Source: a virus | Lineage: Duplodnaviria > Caudoviricetes | Strand: one strand, 5' to 3' | IMG/VR virus record: IMGVR_UViG_3300048550_000310 | Location: 1-53,223 of that record | Length of the DNA: 53,223 nucleotides | In this document: one piece after another, positions 19,098 to 28,120 of the stretch | Layout of the letters: each line of letters starts with the position of its first letter | Numbering within the stretch: the first letter of the stretch is position 1 | The notes under the pieces: model-generated | Databases searched by the model: none | Told to the model about the DNA's origin: nothing | What the model saw: only the letters and a program-made list of their open reading frames with translations | Translations under genes and position numbers: made by a program

Positions 19098-19544
19098 ATG
19101 ACCCATTTTGGAAAGACAATTTATTGGTCTGTAATATCTGTGGCGGTTGCAAGTGTCATACCTGCATCTGCCCTGGCGGTCCCCGTTGTCCCGAACTTCA
19201 CACAGGGATCGATGACGAGCCACACAGAGACAACACAAAAGATAACCGAGACCATCAATTCGATGGACTATTCAACTGGTTATCAGTATTCAGCAACTGG
19301 ATCTGGCATAACCGCTAGCGGTAACCTATCTCCCACGACAGGTAGCACAAATGTAACTATTAACGGAGTGAATTCGACATGGACAGGCGTAACAGGGAAA
19401 CCGACATTCGCGCAAACAACACCAGGTCAGGCGTTTCAGTTCACAGAGACTCTGAGTTCTCCGGGTCTTCAGAATCATACGATTATCCAAAGAGTGACCG
19501 AAACTACAAGCGTAACAGACACTACAAGTATCTTCCAACAATAA
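19098..19544 (+). CDS. Secreted T-rich beta protein
   Basis: 148 aa; AGGAG Shine-Dalgarno; signal peptide ending ALA, then VPVVPNFTQGSM. Confidence 0.8.
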   Translation: MTHFGKTIYWSVISVAVASVIPASALAVPVVPNFTQGSMTSHTETTQKITETINSMDYSTGYQYSATGSGITASGNLSPTTGSTNVTINGVNSTWTGVTGKPTFAQTTPGQAFQFTETLSSPGLQNHTIIQRVTETTSVTDTTSIFQQ

Positions 19545-20194
19545 TTGCATTACTATTTGCAACACCAGTAAATGCAGAAACTGTTGGTGGTGTAAGTGCA
19601 ACTGCATCTCCAGTGGCGAATAGCTCAGGCTCAGTAACGAACCAAGCTATTCAGGTATTACAAGGTCCATATATTACTAATACTTATGGAGGTGGCATTC
19701 AATGTCAGGGTCCTACTAGGAACTTCACTCCATATGTAACAGGAACTGCATCAGCTCAAAAACCATATCAACCATACTATTGGGACCCAGTATACGATGT
19801 CACCGATAACTTTGGTGCCTTCGATGCTGATGGTAATGAGATTGGGGATGGCGTTTTAGATAATCCAGGAGATATCCTTTTCAGAAAGAAAACTAGAACT
19901 GGTCAGAAAGATAACTACAGTTTGGGTATTGGTTTCTCCATGACATGGAGCACTCCTACAGATAAGAAACTACAGGCGCTGTGTAAAGAAGCAGCAGCAT
20001 CTAACATCGCATTAATGAATCAAGCACATGCCAATAAGAGACTCGACTTTGAGATTGCGAGACTCAAAAATTGTGGCGAACTAATGCAAAAAGGAATTAT
20101 GTTCCGTCCAGGTGCAGAAATGGCAAAGATTTGTGCTGATGTGATGGTAGTAAATAAAAATGCTATTGCACCACATAGACACAAAATACCATAA
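19379..20194 (+). CDS. Putative secreted/outer-membrane protein (start uncertain)
   Basis: Signal-like IIALLFATPVNA, amphipathic strand DNYSLGIGFSMTW, four Cys; only ATG lies 166 nt inside the upstream gene. Confidence 0.7.
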   Translation: MDRRNRETDIRANNTRSGVSVHRDSEFSGSSESYDYPKSDRNYKRNRHYKYLPTIIALLFATPVNAETVGGVSATASPVANSSGSVTNQAIQVLQGPYITNTYGGGIQCQGPTRNFTPYVTGTASAQKPYQPYYWDPVYDVTDNFGAFDADGNEIGDGVLDNPGDILFRKKTRTGQKDNYSLGIGFSMTWSTPTDKKLQALCKEAAASNIALMNQAHANKRLDFEIARLKNCGELMQKGIMFRPGAEMAKICADVMVVNKNAIAPHRHKIP

Positions 20195-20974
20195 CTATTT
20201 TTTCTTAGGTCGCTTAAGTGGTGGTAGTTCCCTCTTCTGACGATACTCATTCGCTAGAATTTCATTCCGACATAATTTTGGTGGGGTCTTACCTAATATC
20301 GTTTGAATTTTTTTAATAGTCTTTTTAACAGCGGGTTTTACCACTTTAAGAAGCATATCAGCAAGAGGTTTTGCAAGTATCGCAGATGATGTTGCAATAA
20401 TAGCGATAGATGCTGTAGCGGTGACTGCTCCTGCTGTTGGTATATTTCCCACAATCTGTTCTACGACTTCAAGTTTTTCCGTAACCTGTATACATTCTTT
20501 TCCAACTAGTTCATATCTAATAACTTTCTGGTCTCCTTTAATATGACCAACCGGTTCTTTTAATTGCTGCACCTTTGTAGGACACTTAATATCAGGTGTT
20601 TTAGGTGCTTTTGTTTCAGGTGCTTTTGTTTCTGTTTTTTCGGGGGGTGGAGCTACCTTAGGTACTTGTGTCTCATAGTCAAACTCTAACTCATCCTTAT
20701 TATAATCCAAAGGATCAAATGATGGCATACCAGCATCACAGAATGTTTTAACACCCTTAGGATCATCTTCACTAAGAATACCACTTCTCTGTTTACTAGT
20801 ATTCTGCTCATGTGCTTCTACACATCCAGGCATATCAACAATAGGCACACCAACCAGGTTTGTGATTGGTGGTGCCGCAAATATAGACATTGGATCGGTT
20901 GTCCATCTTGGAGGTTGATAAACCTGAATGTCTGATATATTTACATTATCAATTTGAATATCATCAATATCCAT
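20195..20974 (-). CDS. Membrane-anchored hypothetical protein
   Basis: Acidic Cys-containing N-part, hydrophobic AVTATASIAIIATSSAILA, basic C-tail; start moved to ATG 20974. Confidence 0.7.
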   Translation of the reverse strand: MDIDDIQIDNVNISDIQVYQPPRWTTDPMSIFAAPPITNLVGVPIVDMPGCVEAHEQNTSKQRSGILSEDDPKGVKTFCDAGMPSFDPLDYNKDELEFDYETQVPKVAPPPEKTETKAPETKAPKTPDIKCPTKVQQLKEPVGHIKGDQKVIRYELVGKECIQVTEKLEVVEQIVGNIPTAGAVTATASIAIIATSSAILAKPLADMLLKVVKPAVKKTIKKIQTILGKTPPKLCRNEILANEYRQKRELPPLKRPKKK

Positions 20975-20982
20975 TATTTTTC

Positions 20983-21624
20983 TCAACAATCATTAAATAC
21001 ACTTCCAACTTGCGAACCGAGACTTGACCCTGCCTTCTGTCCTAGAAGCAATGCCCAACCTCCCGCTAACCATCCAACGTAAGGGATGCTAGCGACCGCT
21101 GGAACGGCGAGACCAGCAGCTATGCTAGTTCCTGCCATCGCACCTTGTGATCGTGCTCCAGCGTCCGCGATCAAACACTCTACTTCTTTTGCAGACTTTC
21201 CCTCTTCTGTAGTCACACCTCCAATGTTTCTGGTGCCTTCACGGGTATACTGGTCTCTACGATATTCGGTTCTCTGCTCAGTTCCTCCGCCAAAGAATCC
21301 TCTCTTTTCTTTATCAAGATCAAGAGATCTCTCCGACTCCAAAACCTTAGGATCATCTGAACGATACTCAATCGTATATCCATCCTTTCCTGCTTGGATT
21401 TTATACGATGAATAAGGACCACGAGGAATATTGATCACAGGAGGTTCCTGTATCTTAGTAGTAGGTCTGAGTACATACCCCAACAGACCAATGTGTGCTA
21501 GGGCAAATACAGAACCCGCTGCAATAGCAATAGTTTTCATAGGAAACTCCTTCTTCTTTACAGGTTCGGAATAATAATCCCCAGATTGTTCTGAGGATTC
21601 ATCCTTTTGCCATGGCGCTTTCAT
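20983..21624 (-). CDS. Membrane protein with C-terminal glycine-zipper hairpin
   Basis: 213 aa; N-terminal TM segment and GAMAG...IPYVGWLAGGWALLLG...GSSLGSQVG. Confidence 0.75.
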   Translation of the reverse strand: MKAPWQKDESSEQSGDYYSEPVKKKEFPMKTIAIAAGSVFALAHIGLLGYVLRPTTKIQEPPVINIPRGPYSSYKIQAGKDGYTIEYRSDDPKVLESERSLDLDKEKRGFFGGGTEQRTEYRRDQYTREGTRNIGGVTTEEGKSAKEVECLIADAGARSQGAMAGTSIAAGLAVPAVASIPYVGWLAGGWALLLGQKAGSSLGSQVGSVFNDC

Positions 21625-21851
21625 GGTAAAGATGGGATAACACCACCAGTTGCCTTAGGTAATTCCGGAACTGATTTATTAAGCATACCAGGAAGTGCTC
21701 CTGCAATCGCTTCTGCTGCTGCTTTGGCAACCTTTTCCTTAGCGGATTCGATAAGTGCATCTTTCTGTAGATACACATAAGTCCCACCACCGATGATGCC
21801 AGAGACACCAACAAATGATAGGACTGCTAATACATTAATGATTTTTTGCAT
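21621..21851 (-). CDS. Small N-terminally anchored membrane protein
   Basis: 76 aa; MQKIINVLAVLSFVGVSGIIGGG TM segment. Confidence 0.75.
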   Translation of the reverse strand: MQKIINVLAVLSFVGVSGIIGGGTYVYLQKDALIESAKEKVAKAAAEAIAGALPGMLNKSVPELPKATGGVIPSLP

Positions 21852-21853
21852 GA

Positions 21854-22144
21854 TTATACCTTTGGTTCGATTTCTTCTTTTCTTTTAATCTCAGGTGCTT
21901 TCTTTGGAGAAGCACCGTTTTTAGCGGGACTCAATCCGAAGGCAGCTAAAGATCCAGAAAAGACCGACGCAATAAAAGTTGGATCAAAATCTAGAATTTT
22001 TTGTCCATTAGGAAGTCTAACATAAGAAAATGTTAGTAGAGATGCAGACCATATAAGAACAACAACTTTCACCAAATTACCAAGAACTTCACTTTTATCA
22101 TCATCGTCTGCCTTCTCATCTACTTCAGGTTTTGTATCTGTCAT
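21854..22144 (-). CDS. Two-TM small membrane protein
   Basis: 96 aa; VVVLIWSASLLTFSY and DPTFIASVFSGSLAAFG; CTAAATA upstream at 22166-22172. Confidence 0.75.
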   Translation of the reverse strand: MTDTKPEVDEKADDDDKSEVLGNLVKVVVLIWSASLLTFSYVRLPNGQKILDFDPTFIASVFSGSLAAFGLSPAKNGASPKKAPEIKRKEEIEPKV

Positions 22145-22168
22145 TAGTAGATAGCGTGGCAGAGCTAT

Positions 22169-22591
22169 TTAGCTTTCAGGTTTCTTCTTACCGATGTTAT
22201 ATTTAGATTCCAATGTCCATTCAGTTTTTTCTTTATAGGCAATGACTTTAATTTGACTTAAGGGTGCTGCATTATCTGCTGACGCCTCTTTGACAATTTC
22301 AACTAAACCCCAATCAGACAAGAGTTTGATAATACGGTTACGTCTTTGCATATCATTTTCGGAAAAGTTCGCTTTCTTACCATCAAGCGCAAACAATTCT
22401 TTAAAATGTACAATGTAATACTGCCCTTTCTTATGTAAAATATGACAAGATTGATATAGTTTCTTTTCTTTACGAGAGGCAACACCAATACGAGTAAGAG
22501 TCTCGCGTACTTTCAGGAAATCATCCGGTTCCTTCAAGTTCACCTCAATCATATCATCCTTTGTCCACTGAACTTCTTTAACCTCGTTCAT
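22169..22591 (-). CDS. regA: Translational repressor RegA
   Basis: DDFLKVRETLTRIGVAS...LYQSCHILHK.G.YYIVHFKELF. Confidence 0.95.
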   Translation of the reverse strand: MNEVKEVQWTKDDMIEVNLKEPDDFLKVRETLTRIGVASRKEKKLYQSCHILHKKGQYYIVHFKELFALDGKKANFSENDMQRRNRIIKLLSDWGLVEIVKEASADNAAPLSQIKVIAYKEKTEWTLESKYNIGKKKPES

Positions 22592-22992
22592 TTTTTCTTA
22601 CCCCCTTTATTCAATTTGGTTTTAATAACGTCGAGTTGTGTAGGTGTAAGTATCCCAAGTGCTTGTACTGCCTTCTCGGTTGAATAACCGTAGTATTGTT
22701 TTACAAGTTCAAGATTATCTACCTTTTCCCTTTTACCCCAAGGAGAAAATCTCTTACGGGACCTGACGGTATTTATAAAGAAATCGTATTGAAGTTTTTT
22801 ATCGAGGTTTGGATACTGGTTCATCTCATTAGCAAACATGATAGTATCCATATGATGGGACAGACATTTATTAATCACATAGGCAGGATAATTTTTTTCC
22901 CAAGCAGGATCATCATCTTCCATTAAATTTTTTTTATTCAAATTAATGGAATTTAAATAATCCTTTAGAGGATACCTTTCATCATACGACAT
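22588..22992 (-). CDS. g62: Clamp loader small subunit gp62
   Basis: LKDYLNSIN...FANEMN...QYDF...RKRFSPW...VKQYYGYS.EKA; directly upstream of regA. Confidence 0.9.
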   Translation of the reverse strand: MSYDERYPLKDYLNSINLNKKNLMEDDDPAWEKNYPAYVINKCLSHHMDTIMFANEMNQYPNLDKKLQYDFFINTVRSRKRFSPWGKREKVDNLELVKQYYGYSTEKAVQALGILTPTQLDVIKTKLNKGGKKK

Positions 22993-23815
22993 AATTTAGG
23001 AGCAGAAGTTCTTTACGAGACTGTTGTTCTTTCATGTATTCCCCAACGGAACGCATGGTATATGTGTGATCATACTCATGTGGGGTCCATCCCAAGAATC
23101 GATCTCTAATCAACTGCGAAGAGTTATAAGATACTAGTTGGGGACCAATGTATCGATCACAATCTAGAGCAAACTGATCATGATCAAATCCTTTGTGCAT
23201 ATTACCCTTCTTACCATAGAGGTTAGATCCAATCTCATATGGAGGATCAAGATAAGTGAAAACTTTCTTATCGTCTATCAGTAACTTTTCGTATGACAGA
23301 TTAGTGATCTTCCATTTTTTAATGAGTTGCCCGTAGTAAGGGAGTTTTTCAATTCCTCGCATACTAAAGTTTGAGTCTGACGCCTGCTTGCTGAAGGAAC
23401 TGGATTCAGTGAGACCAGAAAAAGAGCACTTGTTAACAATATAGAAACTGACAGCACGAACCGTAGCATCACAGCGTCGGGGCTCATTCCCGAGATACTC
23501 TTTAGACTCCAAGAAAAGAACTTTCGCGGAAGCGGGGTCATGGTGCCTTTGTTTAAGTTGGACAAGTTGGTTCTTAATTTCATCAGCATTCTCCTGCAGT
23601 TCACGCCAGAAATTGTAAAGGGGTTCATAAAGATCATTCACCCAGATATCTAGATGAGGATACATCTGTGTAATGTACAATGCTACAGAACCTCCACCTA
23701 CAAAAGGTTCACGAAACTCATTATAGTCAGAAAAAAGTGGAAAGAACTGTGCCATTTTTTTAGTAGCACGAGACTTTCCACCAGGATAACGAAGGGGAGT
23801 TTTCAAAGATGTCAT
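22982..23815 (-). CDS. dam: DNA adenine methyltransferase (Dam/D12 class)
   Basis: LRYPGGKS, EPFVGGGSV and YLDPPY motifs. Confidence 0.9.
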   Translation of the reverse strand: MTSLKTPLRYPGGKSRATKKMAQFFPLFSDYNEFREPFVGGGSVALYITQMYPHLDIWVNDLYEPLYNFWRELQENADEIKNQLVQLKQRHHDPASAKVLFLESKEYLGNEPRRCDATVRAVSFYIVNKCSFSGLTESSSFSKQASDSNFSMRGIEKLPYYGQLIKKWKITNLSYEKLLIDDKKVFTYLDPPYEIGSNLYGKKGNMHKGFDHDQFALDCDRYIGPQLVSYNSSQLIRDRFLGWTPHEYDHTYTMRSVGEYMKEQQSRKELLLLNYVV

Positions 23816-24105
23816 AGAATCAGTTTCTTTTCGGGGGCAACAATTTTACCAAACATTTGGCAATATTGTTCTTTAAGACCGGGTGATGGAGTAGCAATAT
23901 ACATTACCATAGATTTAGAAACTGTCAATTCTTCTTCGTCAGGATCTTGTAGGGGTGCCCAAGGCGCAAATCCAACCTTAGTAGGATCTTCTGGAAGAGG
24001 CATTGCTGCAATCACATCCTTAATAATGATTTCATTATCTTTTTCTTCTACAAGATCAGCAATACAATTTTCGCCACTGATAAAGCGAATGTTCACAACT
24101 TTCAT
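23812..24105 (-). CDS. Hypothetical protein, Sm-like beta pattern
   Basis: 97 aa; VNIRFISGENCIADL...GFAPWAP...QYCQMFGKI. Confidence 0.75.
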   Translation of the reverse strand: MKVVNIRFISGENCIADLVEEKDNEIIIKDVIAAMPLPEDPTKVGFAPWAPLQDPDEEELTVSKSMVMYIATPSPGLKEQYCQMFGKIVAPEKKLIL

Positions 24106-24248
24106 TTTAATTTCTCCGCAATAGAATTAATACTTTTAGACATTTGTTGATAACCAGATCCAATATAAATCTGACCTGCAACTACAGCAACTGTAGCAGC
24201 ACCCCAGAAAACATAATACCAATTAGATTTCACTTGTTTAATAATCAT
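24102..24248 (-). CDS. Small single-TM protein (48 aa), not in ORF track
   Basis: Manual translation MIIKQVKSNWYYVFWGAATVAVVAGQIYIGSGYQQMSKSINSIAEKLK; ATGA overlaps at both ends. Confidence 0.7.
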   Translation of the reverse strand: MIIKQVKSNWYYVFWGAATVAVVAGQIYIGSGYQQMSKSINSIAEKLK

Positions 24249-24433
24249 TTTTTTGCTTTCTCCAAATCATCCATTAATTTATTGACTTGAATAAGTGTAT
24301 CAAGATCCATAATCTTATCTGCAATGTGTTTTGCAATATAAGGGTCTTCTGATCTTGCTGCAAATGCTAATGCATTACGAAGATTTTCAATAGCATCTTT
24401 GATACTATCTTCTACTTGTTTTGATACTTTCAT
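24245..24433 (-). CDS. Hypothetical protein
   Basis: 62 aa; LRNALAFAARSE.P; ATGA-coupled to g44. Confidence 0.7.
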   Translation of the reverse strand: MKVSKQVEDSIKDAIENLRNALAFAARSEDPYIAKHIADKIMDLDTLIQVNKLMDDLEKAKK

Positions 24434-25371
24434 TTAAATTCACATTCTAACATCAATTGAGTAAGACAGGCAAGAAGATTAATTTCTTGATCTACGACAA
24501 AGGCAGACTTATATTGATACTCAGCAATAATTAAAACTGCTGCAGCAATAGAAGGACCTTCCATTACATTAGAAAGATTATCATAAATCTTACGCATAAT
24601 AGAAGTTGGATCGGAATCAAGATTTTGAGTGACCCATTTTTTTACATCATTAAACCTTTTATCTTTAAGACTCTCGACTAGAGAGTCTACATTAGCATCT
24701 CCTAGCGCCGCCAGAATGCCAGTGTCGATAGATCCCGTGCTGGCATATCGCTGGAGTTCGTTAAGAGTGCGTCGGAAGTCTGGGAAGTATTTCTGGACGA
24801 CTTCTGCCACAACTCTAGGAGCGAAGGTGACCTCCTCGCGTTCGAGGATATCTCTACAGCGATTGAAGAAAGACGCTGCCAACTCTTGCTTAGTTTGTCC
24901 ACGAACATTAAATTCTACGACTGTTGTTCTGCTATGTAGCGGTTCAATAATTTTGTTTTTGAAATTACAAGTGAAGATGAACCTACAGTTTTTCTGGAAC
25001 TCTTCGATACTTGCACGAAGAAGTAGTTGGACATCTGGTGTTGTGTTGTCTGCCTCATCAATGATAAGAACTTTGTGACGAGCAGAAGCAGTGAGAGACA
25101 CAGTAGCAGCAAAGTTCTTTGCCTGATTGCGTACAGTGTCCAAGAATCGACCTTCATCAGATCCATTGATAACATAGTAATCTGCTCCCAGTTCGTTACA
25201 GAGTGCTTTAGCAATAGTAGTCTTACCAACACCAGCAGTTCCAGAAAGCAGAAGATTTGGAATCTCACCTTGCTCAATAAAACTCTGGAAGGTTTTCTTC
25301 ACAGATTCGGGGAGGATGCACTCGTCTACAGTTTGAGGACGGTACTTCTCTACCCAGAGAAAATCATTCAT
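24430..25371 (-). CDS. g44: Clamp loader ATPase subunit gp44
   Basis: LWVEKYRP, GTAGVGKTT, IIDEAD, PLHSR; start moved to ATG 25371. Confidence 0.95.
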   Translation of the reverse strand: MNDFLWVEKYRPQTVDECILPESVKKTFQSFIEQGEIPNLLLSGTAGVGKTTIAKALCNELGADYYVINGSDEGRFLDTVRNQAKNFAATVSLTASARHKVLIIDEADNTTPDVQLLLRASIEEFQKNCRFIFTCNFKNKIIEPLHSRTTVVEFNVRGQTKQELAASFFNRCRDILEREEVTFAPRVVAEVVQKYFPDFRRTLNELQRYASTGSIDTGILAALGDANVDSLVESLKDKRFNDVKKWVTQNLDSDPTSIMRKIYDNLSNVMEGPSIAAAVLIIAEYQYKSAFVVDQEINLLACLTQLMLECEFK

Positions 25372-25373
25372 AA

Positions 25374-25901
25374 TCAAATCCAATCAGGTTTACGATCCGG
25401 GCAACGTTTGTAGTTATCCTTTACCCAAGATTTGGATGCAATATACCTTTTATATGCGGTAAAAACATCGATAGTTGTATCATACTTAAATTCGTCTGGT
25501 CCTGCAAAAACAAAATTCTTTGGACTTTTTCCAGATCGACCAGCAGGGTCAGCATAAGGAAAAATCGAATTTGCATAAGCAAGGGTACGAAGACACGAAT
25601 GGATTTTACCATACCGCTCAGAATATTCCTCACATAATGCAAGTCCATGACGAATTACCCATCTCCAATTATGAACAAATTCACCGGTCCAGATGGTACA
25701 AGGATGATTCCTAAAAGCACCTTTTTCTGTTTTATAAGGGTTACCATTTGCCTTTGGTAATTCTCCGTACCCATGACCCCATTTGTCAGAGGCAACGATA
25801 GAAAGCATTTGACAGCATTCCAAAGGCATTTTTACAATATGTTTGTCAGGTAGAACCCTTGCTGATTTTATGGGACAAGGGTCAGTAACAAAGATGTTCA
25901 A
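25374..25901 (-). CDS. Pyrimidine-dimer DNA glycosylase-like (DenV-related) protein
   Basis: MNIFVT...DKHIVKMPLE..QML...NHPCTIW...LCEEY..RYGK.H family pattern. Confidence 0.65.
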   Translation of the reverse strand: MNIFVTDPCPIKSARVLPDKHIVKMPLECCQMLSIVASDKWGHGYGELPKANGNPYKTEKGAFRNHPCTIWTGEFVHNWRWVIRHGLALCEEYSERYGKIHSCLRTLAYANSIFPYADPAGRSGKSPKNFVFAGPDEFKYDTTIDVFTAYKRYIASKSWVKDNYKRCPDRKPDWI

Positions 25902-26557
25902 TTGTTGGGTTCCATCGCTATAAAATATTTTACACCATCACCCTCAAAGAGTGCAACATTATGCTTACTTACTGTGACATTGTAATCACCAGGTAGAAGT
26001 TTGAGATTTTCAACCTTGAAGCAATAACAGAAGTTATCCTCAGTAGTGCCAACCTCAACAGAATAACTGTTGGATGTGTCATTCTTTTTATCAGCAACAC
26101 ACAGTTTTAAAATACCAGCATCACCAAACAGACACAGGTCAGGAAGTTGATAGATATTTGCCGCTCGACTAAGTTGAGCAAGAACATCAGAATCCAAACG
26201 AAACTTTACTTCTTCAGAAGGAAGTTGAATTTCATTTTCTGGAGGTTGAGTGATGATATCTGGATCAGCATAAAAGAATCGAGTCTTAGACTTTCCCCTC
26301 TGATCACTAACAGTCACAAAATTAGTTTCTGTTGTATCAATACGAGGAGAATCGAAGAGAGAAAGTCCACCAAGAAAAACACCCAAGTCATAGATGCTGA
26401 TTTGAGATTCAAACTGTTCCTCAACATTAGCAATAGCAAGAATATTCTTATTGATACTCAATGTAGATACTTGATTGCCAGGTTTAATGACAATCGATTT
26501 GTTGATCGAACAAAAGTTCTTAAGGACTTCAATAGTGGACTTGGAAATTACTGTCAT
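25898..26557 (-). CDS. g45: Sliding clamp gp45
   Basis: LKNFCSINKSI...IYDL..FL...FKVENLKLLPGDY...YFIAME. Confidence 0.93.
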   Translation of the reverse strand: MTVISKSTIEVLKNFCSINKSIVIKPGNQVSTLSINKNILAIANVEEQFESQISIYDLGVFLGGLSLFDSPRIDTTETNFVTVSDQRGKSKTRFFYADPDIITQPPENEIQLPSEEVKFRLDSDVLAQLSRAANIYQLPDLCLFGDAGILKLCVADKKNDTSNSYSVEVGTTEDNFCYCFKVENLKLLPGDYNVTVSKHNVALFEGDGVKYFIAMEPNN

Positions 26558-26829
26558 TGAGGATACTCTTCACGGTTTGCACTTTGGTCGCTGAAATAAA
26601 GCAGCAACAATCCATAATGTAGGATTTTAATAATGTCACGACGGGCAGTGCCCTTCTTGTCATAGCGAGAGGCATACTTCAGAATGTTAGATCTGCAGAA
26701 TGCCTCAGCATCACCACAGGCATCAATCAGGTCTAGCGTCTGAATATTGTCAGTTGCATAGTGCTGACTGTATGTGCCTGCAATGTAATCTTTCAACTCC
26801 TTTAGGAGTTGATCTTCATTGTATTTCAT
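26554..26829 (-). CDS. DUF3310-like conserved protein
   Basis: 91 aa; HY...AFCRSNILKYASRYDKKG...DIIKILHY. Confidence 0.7.
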   Translation of the reverse strand: MKYNEDQLLKELKDYIAGTYSQHYATDNIQTLDLIDACGDAEAFCRSNILKYASRYDKKGTARRDIIKILHYGLLLLYFSDQSANREEYPQ

Positions 26830-26831
26830 TA

Positions 26832-27905
26832 TCAGATAGACTCTTCCCCACTAGTATACTCTGAATCTTCTCCTGCGTCAACTTTAGTATAGAGATCGAG
26901 GAAAGATTGCTTGGTGTCATCATCAAAACGATTGACACAGTTATTAATAGCAATCAGACGATCACCAAAGATACTATATGCTTGTACAATATGAACCAGT
27001 CGGCGGGTAGTAATAACTTCATCAACACCACCGTCAAAGAAAGTCTTACGAATTACACCTGCCCACTTGATAAGCATATCAGCAAACTCTTGATCACATC
27101 CAGAATTAAGAAGGATCTTAGTTTCAATAGCAGCAGAAGGATACTCCTGCTCGAAGGTTACAGGGAAACGCTCAAGGAATGCTTCATTGAGAATATTGGT
27201 TCCAATAAAGCGACCGTCATCGCTGCCTTTACCTTTAGTATTTGCAGTTGCAATAACATTGAATCCTTTAGCGGGTTGTACATATTTACCAATTTTCTTA
27301 AGGAAAACACCTTTACCCTCAAGTACGGATTGCAAGCAAAGGATTTTATTGGATGCTAGATCGATCTCGTCTAGAAGGAGTATAGCTCCACGTTCAAGAG
27401 CTTCGATGACTGGACCGTTATGCCAAACAGTGTCACCATTAACAAGACGGAAACCGCCAATAAGATCGTCTTCATCCGTTTCGATTGTAATGTTGACACG
27501 GATTAGTTCTCGTTTCGTTGCAGCACACGCCTGCTCAACGGACATGGTTTTACCATTTCCAGAAAGACCTGTGATAAAGATTGGGTAAAATTGATTAGAG
27601 GAGATAACTTTGCGAAGATTGCCGAAGTTACCAAAAGGGACATAGGAATCATCTTTTTCTGGAGTGTAAGACTCTTTTGAAATAGCAGACGGTGCCTGAT
27701 ACGCACGTTCAATTTCTTGGGCAGTGAGATTCCACTTACCCTTACCTGATTTATAATCCTTCAGACGCTTACAGGCAGTAGCATAGGATACATTCAATGA
27801 ATCTGCTGCTTCGCGAATGTTGTTACAACCAACCTCAGAACCAACTTTGTCGGTAAGGTATTGAACGAGTTGCTCGGTTGTAACTGGATTTGGTGCGAAA
27901 GGCAT
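26832..27905 (-). CDS. cobS: MoxR-type AAA+ ATPase (usually annotated CobS)
   Basis: GLSGNGKT, LLLDEID, ATANTKGKG, LNEAFLERF. Confidence 0.85.
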   Translation of the reverse strand: MPFAPNPVTTEQLVQYLTDKVGSEVGCNNIREAADSLNVSYATACKRLKDYKSGKGKWNLTAQEIERAYQAPSAISKESYTPEKDDSYVPFGNFGNLRKVISSNQFYPIFITGLSGNGKTMSVEQACAATKRELIRVNITIETDEDDLIGGFRLVNGDTVWHNGPVIEALERGAILLLDEIDLASNKILCLQSVLEGKGVFLKKIGKYVQPAKGFNVIATANTKGKGSDDGRFIGTNILNEAFLERFPVTFEQEYPSAAIETKILLNSGCDQEFADMLIKWAGVIRKTFFDGGVDEVITTRRLVHIVQAYSIFGDRLIAINNCVNRFDDDTKQSFLDLYTKVDAGEDSEYTSGEESI

Positions 27906-27930
27906 GTGTTTGTTTGTTGTCTATACAGAT

Positions 27931-27974
27931 ATTATAGCAGAAGACCTGCCGCTTGGACAGGTCTGAGGACAGTT
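27931..27974 (-). promoter_or_regulatory. Putative early promoter AACTGTC-N28-TGCTATAAT with internal inverted repeat
   Basis: Same boxes as 9090-9134; AGACCTG-N9-CAGGTCT at 27942-27964. Confidence 0.65.
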
Positions 27975-27976
27975 AT

Positions 27977-28120
27977 TTATCCGTACACTGCTGTCACACT
28001 CATGACAGTAGCATCTGGATTTCTCGCCAAAGCAATTTCTCTAGCGTGTTGATAGTCGCGAGCAACAACCTCTTCGGTAAAGACAGTGCCAGCGACATAG
28101 AGTGTGACTTCGATTCTCAT
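27977..28120 (-). CDS. Small conserved cyanophage protein (47 aa), not in ORF track
   Basis: Manual translation MRIEVTLYVAGTVFTEEVVARDYQHAREIALARNPDATVMSVTAVYG; ATGA-coupled to the VWA gene. Confidence 0.75.
   Translation of the reverse strand: MRIEVTLYVAGTVFTEEVVARDYQHAREIALARNPDATVMSVTAVYG

Noticed and set aside
26832-27905. cobS as a cobalamin-biosynthesis auxiliary gene
   Set aside because: No cobN or other cob genes in the window; generic MoxR features and a VWA/peptidase partner fit better
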